Source: an uncultured virus (IMG/VR IMGVR_UViG_3300017758_004847) (Duplodnaviria > Heunggongvirae > Uroviricota > Caudoviricetes). Taken from it: a stretch of 64,000 nt of DNA. A program made the translations under genes and the position numbers. This document shows positions 1 to 7,959 of the stretch, piece after piece. The stretch lies in IMG/VR virus record IMGVR_UViG_3300017758_004847; one strand, given 5' to 3'. The stretch's first letter is position 1. Each line of letters starts with the position of its first letter. The notes below the pieces were generated by a model that searched no databases, was not told the origin of the DNA, and was given only the letters and a program-made list of their open reading frames with translations.

Positions 1-163
1 ACAGACGATGAAACAAAAGGTACATTAATTGCGTTGTCTATGAAACCTTATAAGATTCGTCCACAAATAAACTCGGGTCCTATTCTCGGATCAAAACCGT
101 TATAAACATTTCGACCCTTCACCGTCCTGATCAGGGACAATTCTAATTGGCACAGACTATAAA

Positions 164-679
164 TGTATGACACCCGTCAGGGTATAATGTCATACAATTT
201 ATAATATTATATACCCGTGGGGGTATCCCGATTTGTATTATGATTTTTTCATTATACGGGTGTATGACATCTCATCCGAGTATAACGATATAACACTTAT
301 ATTGTGGGGGTATAATGTATGACATATTATAGTATAATGACTTAACTATTATACGGGGTTCAGGGGTGTATGACCGATATAACAGTATCATATTTATAAA
401 TTTTTAGAAAAAGTGTCTTTGACTCGCACACGACACAATACCCTACGGTGTGTAGGAAAGTGGTAGAAAGTGGGAAAAACGAGGTCCTATATATACGTAC
501 CTAAGAAAAGTACCGTTTACAGGGTAGTGAGACCTAAAAAACTTACTACGACAAAAATGTACCCTAATAGGTACGTTTTAAGACACTTTTGTATGACTTA
601 TGGACACTTAACGGTACAAAGTATGTATGACGTTCTTAGGGGGTCTGGAAATGATTATCAGGGGGTATAATTGTATGAC
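164..679. repeat. Cluster of TGTATGAC octamers (iteron-like), often preceded by GGGTATAA or GGG
   Basis: TGTATGAC at 164, 261, 316, 367, 590, 624 and 672; reverse complement at 189; GGGTATAA at 180, 308 and 663; region largely non-coding. Confidence 0.8.
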
Positions 680-1146
680 TATATTACTACCTTAAAACCA
701 CCTATCAAATGGTTAATTCTATTAGAAACCTGTATAGAAGATCCATGTAAGAAGAACCTTTTATAGATTCTTTTATCTATATAGAATCTGACTACAGGTT
801 CATGATTATGGATCTGAAATGCGAGGGTAGAACCTATGTGATGATTTCCTTTTTTCCCTATAGTATAATCATACGTATACCCTATATAGAATTCATCATT
901 CATAGGGATCATACTACTATATATTTTTCTTGTCATAGAGATAAGACTTACATAATGATTCTTATAACCTAAGTCTACAGAACCACTATTGTAATGATGA
1001 CATAACCCTATAGAGAATTTATATTTTACTCCTTCTTCAATAGTATAGTTTGTTATTTTATGATAGGGACTACAATCTATTTGACTATATAGATTATTAC
1101 CTATTAGAGAGATTACTACTATGAGAGTTTTACTTATAGATCCCAT
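679..1146 (-). CDS. Hypothetical secreted protein
   Basis: 155 aa; signal-peptide-like N-terminus ending YSQ; beta-strand-rich. Confidence 0.65.
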   Translation of the reverse strand: MGSISKTLIVVISLIGNNLYSQIDCSPYHKITNYTIEEGVKYKFSIGLCHHYNSGSVDLGYKNHYVSLISMTRKIYSSMIPMNDEFYIGYTYDYTIGKKGNHHIGSTLAFQIHNHEPVVRFYIDKRIYKRFFLHGSSIQVSNRINHLIGGFKVVI

Positions 1147-1314
1147 ACAGACTTTCTCTTTTTCTTCTGTAGTCTATACCTTATTAGGAATATAATCTTC
1201 TTTATTAATTTTATCATAACTTAAAGTATTCCATATCGTACATCTCTTGTAGTTTATACTTTATTTCTTTAGGTATCCTAATAAAGAATACTCTCAACCA
1301 TACATACACTTTTG

Positions 1315-1848
1315 TCATATGACTGATTTATCTTTACTATTATACGTATCGAAGAATATCTGTAGAGTCTTTCTTACTTTGGAACCTTTCCTTACTATAG
1401 TGGTTGAATGATCTATACCACCTACTTGTAGAACTCCTTTATTTCTACTTGGTATTAGAGTATTTATTTCATCATTATCATTATATAGAAATAACCCCCC
1501 ATTTTGATAATTCCATGTATCGTTCATATAAATGGTTAGTCCCGCAGAATGATTCTCATCTGTATGCCAAGGTATATAACTTCCTTCTGACCAATAGTAG
1601 AACATCATTCCTTTTATGACATTCTTATTTAAAGGTTCTATATCATATAGTTCTAAATTCTTTTTTACTATACCTTGTATGTTCTTACATGTTATAGGGT
1701 GAATATGTACAGGTTTACTATTACCTCTTATGTTTTCCCCCCATATTCCATTCTCCATATAATCCCCCGATTCATACGCTTTATCACATACCTCTTTAAC
1801 AAAGTAAAAATCAGGTTCTCTTAATATGGTATTTAATATCTTAATCAT
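1315..1848 (-). CDS. 2OG-Fe(II) oxygenase (prolyl-hydroxylase-like)
   Basis: WHTD (HxD), TIYMN..W...GG, distal H (IDHS) and R (RKTLQIF). Confidence 0.85.
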   Translation of the reverse strand: MIKILNTILREPDFYFVKEVCDKAYESGDYMENGIWGENIRGNSKPVHIHPITCKNIQGIVKKNLELYDIEPLNKNVIKGMMFYYWSEGSYIPWHTDENHSAGLTIYMNDTWNYQNGGLFLYNDNDEINTLIPSRNKGVLQVGGIDHSTTIVRKGSKVRKTLQIFFDTYNSKDKSVI

Positions 1849-2198
1849 AATCTAAATATGAATAGTCCATACCCGATAAGTAAATTTAGGTTCACTATAA
1901 CAAGATTCCATTGTTTTGCAATCCATACCTGTGGTAATGATAGTACAGCTCCGACAAGATAAGTGTACGCCCCTAAACTATCGTACTTTAAAAGATAGGG
2001 ACTCATCATAATAAATGCCGTACCCATATAACCTAACCTATTACCTAATCTCTCTATAGGAGTAAGTTGTCTTTGGTGTACCAGTAATCTTAAGTAATAA
2101 CTAATCCATGTTCTTTCACACATTCTACAGGTCTTCTTATTCCTGTTCTTAAATAGGAAACTTGGTTTCTTCTTATTACATACGTTACACTTCTTCAT
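1845..2198 (-). CDS. Membrane protein with N-terminal CxxC..CxxC zinc ribbon
   Basis: CNVC and CRMC, then three hydrophobic segments including LSLPQV. Confidence 0.65.
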   Translation of the reverse strand: MKKCNVCNKKKPSFLFKNRNKKTCRMCERTWISYYLRLLVHQRQLTPIERLGNRLGYMGTAFIMMSPYLLKYDSLGAYTYLVGAVLSLPQVWIAKQWNLVIVNLNLLIGYGLFIFRL

Positions 2199-2314
2199 TA
2201 TGTCTTCCCCCGTTTTTTAGGTCTCTTAACTAAACAGTCTAAACAGATGTCTGTGATGTTTAATCCTACAGGAATGTTCTCCCCGCATCTTTTACATTTA
2301 CTTATGGTCTTCAT
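2198..2314 (-). CDS. Small zinc-ribbon protein (38 aa, not in ORF track)
   Basis: Hand translation MKTISKCKRCGENIPVGLNITDICLDCLVKRPKKRGKT; stop overlaps the next ATG. Confidence 0.55.
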   Translation of the reverse strand: MKTISKCKRCGENIPVGLNITDICLDCLVKRPKKRGKT

Positions 2315-2350
2315 ATGTCTATAGAAATACATAAAATATATATAAAAGTC

Positions 2351-2520
2351 AATCCTTTCGTGGATTATGGACACCCCATTATTTGGGGTTCCATCAGTTA
2401 CTGCTGATTTTAATAAGAACTAGTGCCCTTAGAACCTACTTATTGACCTAACTAACCTACCTCCGACCGAACGTGACCCTTCGGGAGTCGACCTCTGACT
2501 TCGTCCGACCCGTTGGGAAT
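2351..2520. other. GC-richer intergenic segment with several hairpins, possible structured RNA or regulatory element
   Basis: AATCC/GGATT 2351-2366; ATGGA.ACCCCA/TGGGGT.TCCAT 2367-2394; AATAAG/CTTATT 2412-2444; GACCC-TTCG-GGAGTC 2475-2489. Confidence 0.45.
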
Positions 2521-2521
2521 C

Positions 2522-3166
2522 TTAGATGATTGTTTTTGGTTCTTCCTTAAAGTCTATAATAGAATCTGTGATTGAGAGTTTATTATATAGATGTTTATAA
2601 ATGTCGTAACACCCCCGAGGTCCTGGATGAAGATCTATCTCATTACTATTCTTTATAACAAGACCTTCCTCATAATTCGTGGAGACTTCCATATAATCCA
2701 TATAACCCTTTAATGGTTCGGACGTTACTTCTGACCACGTTAGAAATATTGGGTCATATTGTTTGTAGAGTGTATCCTTAAGATATTTTATATACTTTAC
2801 TTCATTAGATCTTTCCCCCATAACCCATCTTTCGGTTTCTTGATCCCTAATCTCTTCCATGGTTTTGAATAATTCCTTATTCTTAAAGTGTGAACGTGAT
2901 AATGGTCTGTCTATAGTACCTGATTCAAAATCCCCATAATAACTAAGTGGTACTCTTGAACAATGTGTAAAGAAGATAACTAATCTATCCCCCGATTTGT
3001 ATGGTGGAAGATTATGTAGAGTATGAATGATCTCATTGTTGTTTAGTCCCGCCTTACCATAATTAAAAACCTCATAATGATTCTTTAGATAACGAACCCA
3101 ATGATGATGCGGTCTATACCATTTGGTCCATGAGTCCCCTGTAATAAAAAGTCTATTTGTTTTCAA
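2522..3166 (-). CDS. SGNH/GDSL-hydrolase-like protein
   Basis: ITGDSW block I, NYGKAG block II, DLHP block V. Confidence 0.7.
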   Translation of the reverse strand: MKTNRLFITGDSWTKWYRPHHHWVRYLKNHYEVFNYGKAGLNNNEIIHTLHNLPPYKSGDRLVIFFTHCSRVPLSYYGDFESGTIDRPLSRSHFKNKELFKTMEEIRDQETERWVMGERSNEVKYIKYLKDTLYKQYDPIFLTWSEVTSEPLKGYMDYMEVSTNYEEGLVIKNSNEIDLHPGPRGCYDIYKHLYNKLSITDSIIDFKEEPKTII

Positions 3167-3167
3167 T

Positions 3168-3803
3168 TTATTTAGTCCCCCGATTAGATCCCTTGTTTTT
3201 CATTAGGTCTCCCTTGGCAAATAAATTACGTATCTTTATATAACCATAACAGATGACTTCCCATAAGAGAATCAATCTATTAAACTTACTTGGCCAAGTA
3301 CTCCTTAACACAATAACAACCTTTGTTCCCTTAGTTACGGGCATTCCACCATGAAACGAATGTATGTGTCGAGAACTATAGTGTATGTAATGTCCAGCTC
3401 TATGGTCTTGTGGTTTGTGTTCAGTCCCTGCAAGTGGGAACGATGTAGATCCTCCCTCAAAGTCGGTAGTCAAATAAATTAAAGACGTTCGTGTACTCTG
3501 ATCGTCATAGTGTGGAATCATTTCAATAAAGTCACCAGTGTAGATAATTATAAACTTATTTTGTTCATCGTACTTTAGTCCTAACTTTTTCTCTAATTGA
3601 GAAATCCTGAGATCCATTATCTCTTTACCCTTACAATCATCCATATCATTGTAAGGTGTTTCATAAACAGATAACTCTATCCCACCATGTGCGTCGGTAA
3701 CAAAGAACTTATCATTCTGTTTCTTTATATCCGCCATTACCACTTTAGTTTCCATTCGTGGTATTGCCTGACCTATATCGTACTTGAATTTAAAAAACCC
3801 CAT
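3168..3803 (-). CDS. 2OG-Fe(II) oxygenase (P4H-like); start revised to MGFFK
   Basis: PHYD, LIYLTTDFEGGSTSF, FHGGMPVTKGTK; ATG at 3803 follows the upstream gene stop. Confidence 0.8.
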   Translation of the reverse strand: MGFFKFKYDIGQAIPRMETKVVMADIKKQNDKFFVTDAHGGIELSVYETPYNDMDDCKGKEIMDLRISQLEKKLGLKYDEQNKFIIIYTGDFIEMIPHYDDQSTRTSLIYLTTDFEGGSTSFPLAGTEHKPQDHRAGHYIHYSSRHIHSFHGGMPVTKGTKVVIVLRSTWPSKFNRLILLWEVICYGYIKIRNLFAKGDLMKNKGSNRGTK

Positions 3804-3804
3804 A

Positions 3805-3966
3805 TTATAACTTTTCAATTTCTTTAAGTACCTGATCCGCTTCAGTGTACTTCTGATCACTTTGGGACCTGTTTATTTTTGATAGTTCAAATGCCTCCCT
3901 TAATAAAGACGCATACTTCTTCTCTAACTTCTCTTTTTTACTCTTCTTTTTGAATAATCCAAACAT
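3805..3966 (-). CDS. Lacal_2735-family-like small protein (flavobacterial)
   Basis: MFGLFKKKSKKEKLEKKY..LL.EAF.LS..NRS.SD.KY.EA pattern, recognised by eye. Confidence 0.7.
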   Translation of the reverse strand: MFGLFKKKSKKEKLEKKYASLLREAFELSKINRSQSDQKYTEADQVLKEIEKL

Positions 3967-3968
3967 AT

Positions 3969-4190
3969 CTATTTGTTTTTTAATATTGAACAATAATAGT
4001 AATCCCCCGTGGTTTTAAATTTATCCCATATGAAATTTCTTGTATCTTCTGAATCATAAGTCTCTAATAGAATCGAGGCATAATCGTGTTTCGCACTATC
4101 CCATACATCATCTCTGTTGATGTTATCCATTAACATTTTTTGATTCATCATCTCTTTGTTATTTCTACTTTGAATAAACTCTCGTACCAT
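3969..4190 (-). CDS. Hypothetical protein
   Basis: ORF in a tightly packed minus-strand run; true start may be the Met near 4151. Confidence 0.55.
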   Translation of the reverse strand: MVREFIQSRNNKEMMNQKMLMDNINRDDVWDSAKHDYASILLETYDSEDTRNFIWDKFKTTGDYYYCSILKNK

Positions 4191-4402
4191 TCTTTTACCG
4201 TATAGTCATCACAATACTTATTAAACATTTCCTCTATAATATCCCCCTTTTCAGATACTGTTGGAAACATAGTTAGAAACGTTATCATCGTTGCCCTATC
4301 GAATCCCTTGATTTCCTGTATGGTCCTAACAATCATTAACTCATTAATGATGTGATCCATAACCTCCATATTATCTTCATAAGTGTAGTCGGATGTTATC
4401 AT
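4148..4402 (-). CDS. Hypothetical protein
   Basis: ATGA-type overlap with neighbours. Confidence 0.65.
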   Translation of the reverse strand: MITSDYTYEDNMEVMDHIINELMIVRTIQEIKGFDRATMITFLTMFPTVSEKGDIIEEMFNKYCDDYTVKEWYESLFKVEITKR

Positions 4403-4584
4403 AGGTATTTTTTAAATTTAATCTTTTCATCATTTGCAAATTTGATGAGTTGTTTTTGATGATACTCCCTCGCAAACTGTTCCATCAAATCAGATAGGTA
4501 TGTGTAGTGTGAATAGGCAGAACTATCTATCGGGATGTCTGGCCACTCATTCTTATCTAACCACTCTTTTGATTCTTTACTCAT
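4399..4584 (-). CDS. Hypothetical protein
   Basis: Packed operon-like ORF. Confidence 0.6.
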   Translation of the reverse strand: MSKESKEWLDKNEWPDIPIDSSAYSHYTYLSDLMEQFAREYHQKQLIKFANDEKIKFKKYL

Positions 4585-4587
4585 TTA

Positions 4588-4839
4588 TCAGAGATATTTT
4601 TCTTCTATCTGTAAATAATTTTTTTTACAATAGTCATGGTAATCAAACTTTGAGATTGAAGCGTTATAATTATTCGTATCTTTCTCATACATATAATCTT
4701 CTAATTTCTCACCACGTTTAAGTATCTCCTCTTTTGATGTGTGATTAATCTTGTTTATATCAATTTCTTCATAGTAGAGTAAAGATCTTTTACGTTTCAT
4801 TCTTAGGTATTCAATACCATTATTCATAAAGTGATTCAT
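4588..4839 (-). CDS. Hypothetical protein
   Basis: Packed operon-like ORF. Confidence 0.6.
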   Translation of the reverse strand: MNHFMNNGIEYLRMKRKRSLLYYEEIDINKINHTSKEEILKRGEKLEDYMYEKDTNNYNASISKFDYHDYCKKNYLQIEEKYL

Positions 4840-5045
4840 TTGGTTTTTATTATATGGTTTTTATGTTTCTTTTTATACTTCTCTAAAAAACTCTCCCCCA
4901 CCCCAATTTCTAATATCTCTGCATCGTCAGGGACCAATGGTTTTCTTTTACCTGTTGCTATTATGTCGTCAACCTTTGCGTCGAAGACCTGTATAGTTAC
5001 TTTTCTTTTTCTTTTTTCTTTGTAAACAACAACTACTGGTATCAT
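4836..5045 (-). CDS. Hypothetical basic protein
   Basis: ATGA overlaps on both sides. Confidence 0.65.
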   Translation of the reverse strand: MIPVVVVYKEKRKRKVTIQVFDAKVDDIIATGKRKPLVPDDAEILEIGVGESFLEKYKKKHKNHIIKTK

Positions 5046-5278
5046 TTACTAAATTCCTTCTCGAAGAATTTTTTACCATTCTCATACCCCCATTTTCCAC
5101 TTGCACCATAATCGTACATCTTCCCCGCAAATTTAACCTGATCACCCATACGTTTACGGATCATCTCTTTGACAGCGTAAAATGGGAACTTGGATATGTT
5201 ATCCTCAGTCTTGTCTATCCAACCTTGGACATCATCGTTTAATAACTCCAATGGAGTCTTCATCTTCTTTAAACTCAT
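5042..5278 (-). CDS. Hypothetical protein
   Basis: ATGA overlaps. Confidence 0.65.
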   Translation of the reverse strand: MSLKKMKTPLELLNDDVQGWIDKTEDNISKFPFYAVKEMIRKRMGDQVKFAGKMYDYGASGKWGYENGKKFFEKEFSK

Positions 5279-5790
5279 ATTATTGTTTTTTGATTAACTA
5301 TATTGTTGGGTTTTAACCATAAAATTAAAGACATCCTCTGTCCTTGTGATAATACATTTACTTTATGTTTCACTTGAGAATCGAACATCACAACAGTTCC
5401 CTTTTCTCTACTTATACTTTTTCCTTCTACCACCAGTTCTCCACCGACATAATCTGATGAATCTGATAGTTGAATAATTAAACTTCTATACCTATCTCTA
5501 CCATCAACGTGTTCCTTGAAGAATGACCCCTCATTATATTTTAATAAATGGATCTCATTTTCTTTCTTTAGAGTCTTAACTCCCATCGGTTTAATCAAAC
5601 CAAGTAGTTTATCTCTCTGATCTTCAGTTATTTGTTCTTGAATAATAGATACTTCTGATTTCCTGAAGGATAAATCTTCATACTTTTGTTTTGTGTTATT
5701 TCTTGAAACCGCTGCAACCTCGAATGAATCGGACAATGATAGGATCCAATCGCACTCTTCATTAGAAAGTAATCCCTCAACCTCTAACAT
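5275..5790 (-). CDS. 2OG-Fe(II) oxygenase (PKHD/P4H-like)
   Basis: LLSNEEC, KY..G.FFKEHVD, QLS..SDYVGGEL, KHKV...GQRMSL. Confidence 0.88.
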   Translation of the reverse strand: MLEVEGLLSNEECDWILSLSDSFEVAAVSRNNTKQKYEDLSFRKSEVSIIQEQITEDQRDKLLGLIKPMGVKTLKKENEIHLLKYNEGSFFKEHVDGRDRYRSLIIQLSDSSDYVGGELVVEGKSISREKGTVVMFDSQVKHKVNVLSQGQRMSLILWLKPNNIVNQKTII

Positions 5791-5953
5791 TTTCGTACTC
5801 TACCATTTCTTTTTCATATTGTTTTTCATACATCTTGCATTGTATTCTTCTATATTCACCATCATAGTAGTCCCACTTATCCTGTTTTGTTTGTTGGTCT
5901 CTCCTCTCCTTCATGTATTCCATTCCACGTCTCAAAGTAAGTACTGTGCTCAT
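5777..5953 (-). CDS. Hypothetical protein (58 aa, not in ORF track)
   Basis: MSTVLTLRRGMEYMKERRDQ...; starts 15 nt downstream of a Bacteroidetes promoter. Confidence 0.55.
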   Translation of the reverse strand: MSTVLTLRRGMEYMKERRDQQTKQDKWDYYDGEYRRIQCKMYEKQYEKEMVEYENVRG

Positions 5954-5967
5954 AAAAATATTTTTAT

Positions 5968-5998
5968 CAAATATAATGATTTTGTTGGAATATACAAA
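5968..5998 (-). promoter_or_regulatory. Bacteroidetes-type primary-sigma promoter
   Basis: TTTG-N19-TATATTTG on the minus strand. Confidence 0.75.
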
Positions 5999-6009
5999 CT
6001 TTCGAGCAT

Positions 6010-6040
6010 AAAAAAACCCTCGGGTGTTACGACGAGGGTC
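6010..6040 (-). terminator. Intrinsic terminator downstream of the ncRNA
   Basis: ACCCTCG/CGAGGGT stem followed by a T-run on the minus strand. Confidence 0.8.
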
Positions 6041-6086
6041 CTTTATGGTCTGTTAGTATTAAATACTAACTTCACAATATAATAAA

Positions 6087-6490
6087 AAAGAGGACATGTA
6101 CCAAGGTATGCTATCCTTAGAAATCACATCTGTTGTTTGTTTTACTCATACAACTGTATCGACTATTAAATCGATTCACTTTCGGAGTGTTAATCCTACG
6201 GTGCGGGTACAACCCCTTACAGTTTACTTTATCCCCAACAGAGGGATTATTCGGTCACAAGGTGAGATTTCCTTTCGGGTACTCACAATGAGTTTGAAAG
6301 TAAGCTTTGTTTAAGCTTAGGTCTATGATTACCACTTCCTCCCTGTCGGGACACTTCAACGTCAGTCTTGCGAACATCAGCCAAAGAAGGTAGAACATGT
6401 CTACCTGTCGGTGTGGGTTAACTCCCTTTCGAAGAGTTTATTCCCCCATACACTCAGGACCGTGATGATCAATCTTAGTCCTGCCTCTTT
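6087..6490 (-). ncRNA. Large structured non-coding RNA (~400 nt), family unknown
   Basis: 5'/3' closing helix AAAGAGG/CCTCTTT, about ten hairpins with several GNRA loops, elevated GC, own promoter (6542-6573) and terminator (6010-6040), no credible ORF. Confidence 0.75.
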
Positions 6491-6501
6491 CTATTTCAAT
6501 A

Positions 6502-6531
6502 TTTTAAAGAACGTCTGAGATGTTACTCTCA
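6502..6531 (-). promoter_or_regulatory. rrn-leader-like boxB hairpin plus boxA
   Basis: TGAGA-GTAACA-TCTCA hairpin then GTTCTTTAAAA, between promoter and RNA. Confidence 0.5.
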
Positions 6532-6541
6532 TTTGATGGTA

Positions 6542-6573
6542 CAAATATATAAAGTATTTTTTAATAAATCAAA
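6542..6573 (-). promoter_or_regulatory. Bacteroidetes-type promoter driving the ncRNA
   Basis: TTTG-N20-TATATTTG. Confidence 0.78.
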
Positions 6574-6639
6574 AGAATATTAGAAAAATTTAATTATTTT
6601 TTTATTTTTGTGTTAACTTATTGATTTATAAGGACATAA

Positions 6640-6954
6640 CTATTTTCTATCTCCTCTATTTTTTAATTCTTTATACAGTAAATTTAGTTCACCACACATT
6701 TCATACTCTTCATAGTCTGTTAAGTAACCCATAATTTCTTCAATATCCTCAAGTGTTGGGATCTCGTCTGGTGCCATGAAAAAGAAAGTAAAATCACTAC
6801 CTCGTTCAAGTACTATTTCATTGGAGGTTCTCTTTCCTGTAATTATATTAAAAGTATTATAGACACCCTGTCTAAATTCATCGGTAAAGTTCGCATTACT
6901 TAAACCTTCTAAGTAGTCACTCTCATTAATATTTTCATTGTTATTCATGTACAT
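6640..6954 (-). CDS. Hypothetical protein
   Basis: 104 aa ending in an EEYEMC-type helix; TATTTAT upstream. Confidence 0.7.
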   Translation of the reverse strand: MYMNNNENINESDYLEGLSNANFTDEFRQGVYNTFNIITGKRTSNEIVLERGSDFTFFFMAPDEIPTLEDIEEIMGYLTDYEEYEMCGELNLLYKELKNRGDRK

Positions 6955-7082
6955 TACGGTCTTTTTATATTATGTGATAGAGTTAATATAAATAAAAAAT
7001 CCCACTTAATCAATGGGATCTGAAGACTAAAAAAAAACGATAAATGTTAATTTTTTAACACTTTTTTTATATTTATTTTAAC

Positions 7083-7322
7083 ATGGTAGTCATCACTAAT
7101 TTAATAGAGTTGTTTAACGAAGATGGAGGTAATTCTATCTTTTACTTCTTTGCCGCATGTATGGTTGCTATGATTATTTCTGCTTGGTGGCTTGCAAATC
7201 GATCTTTTAAAAATCCTGAAAATACCTTCAATAGATATTTTGATGAAAATGGGGATGAATTTGTAAAAAATAAAAAGGGTAAATTAGTAAAGAAAGGATC
7301 TCATATCCGAGATTATACTTAA
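7083..7322 (+). CDS. Small membrane protein
   Basis: Single TM helix; TATTTAT at 7070-7076. Confidence 0.6.
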   Translation: MVVITNLIELFNEDGGNSIFYFFAACMVAMIISAWWLANRSFKNPENTFNRYFDENGDEFVKNKKGKLVKKGSHIRDYT

Positions 7323-7404
7323 TACTTTCTAATAAAATTCATTGTAAATAACTCGAGAAAATCTGGTGATTACGTAGAGAGTAATTGTTATAAATATAAT
7401 AATT

Positions 7405-7608
7405 TTATATGTCTTTTTTTTCATTTTTTACGTCGTTAATTAAGAACTGAAGTCTCATTGATGCAATCATCGGAGCGTTTTCTTCACATAAGGTTTTGAT
7501 CTGTTCTAAATTTTTAATCAATTCCTTTTCACTCATCTTTGATGGACGGTCCATATTTAAAAAAACCCCCAATTTCTTGAGGGTCTTTTTCATAGTTTCT
7601 TCTAGCAT
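7405..7608 (-). CDS. Hypothetical protein, paralogue of 25092-25301
   Basis: Shares KNL.QI..L.....P.IAS.R..FLI.D. Confidence 0.7.
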   Translation of the reverse strand: MLEETMKKTLKKLGVFLNMDRPSKMSEKELIKNLEQIKTLCEENAPMIASMRLQFLINDVKNEKKDI

Positions 7609-7612
7609 GGAA

Positions 7613-7780
7613 CTACTGATCTGATACAGATGCTTTCTTATAAGAAGTTACTAACTTCTTTATTTCACCAATATGTTTTCTCGCTCTTGTTTGAGAGACT
7701 TTAGTTGTTCCGTTGTGGTTTTCTACAAAAGCCACGTAATGTGAATTGATCTGTTCGAATAAATCTTGTTTTACACTCAT
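7613..7780 (-). CDS. Histone H1-like Hc1-type nucleoid protein (55 aa, not in ORF track)
   Basis: MSVKQDLFEQINSHYVAFVENHNGTTKVSQTRARKHIGEIKKLVTSYKKASVSDQ; K...TRARK...E..KL...YK..S pattern; own promoter. Confidence 0.7.
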   Translation of the reverse strand: MSVKQDLFEQINSHYVAFVENHNGTTKVSQTRARKHIGEIKKLVTSYKKASVSDQ

Positions 7781-7818
7781 GTTTAAATTTTTAATTGTTA
7801 TTACTATTATTATTATTA

Positions 7819-7850
7819 CAAATATACTAATTTATTTTAAGAAATTCAAT
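7819..7850 (-). promoter_or_regulatory. Bacteroidetes-type promoter
   Basis: ATTG-N20-TATATTTG. Confidence 0.65.
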
Positions 7851-7959
7851 GGTTTACCTAAATAATGTCATGTGCCCTGATATAGAAACCCACTCAGAAT
7901 AGTCATTTTTACGTCTTTTTATACGTTCCGTCGGGTATATAGTAGCTACAACTTAGAGT

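Noticed and set aside
470..670. 66-aa plus-strand ORF
   Set aside because: GTG start, lies within the repeat cluster, no recognisable motif
164..679. CRISPR array
   Set aside because: Repeats are only 8-17 nt, irregularly spaced and in mixed orientation; no cas genes
6096..6314. 72-aa plus-strand ORF
   Set aside because: Antisense to the structured RNA, with atypical composition and no promoter
6087..6490. RNase P RNA, tmRNA or group I intron as the identity of the structured RNA
   Set aside because: Size and closing helix fit RNase P, but the GAGGAAAGUCC and ACAGAA.CCGGCUUA cores are absent. There are no tRNA-like ends. No interrupted gene flanks it, and only a weak GACU/AGUC resemblance to P7 exists.
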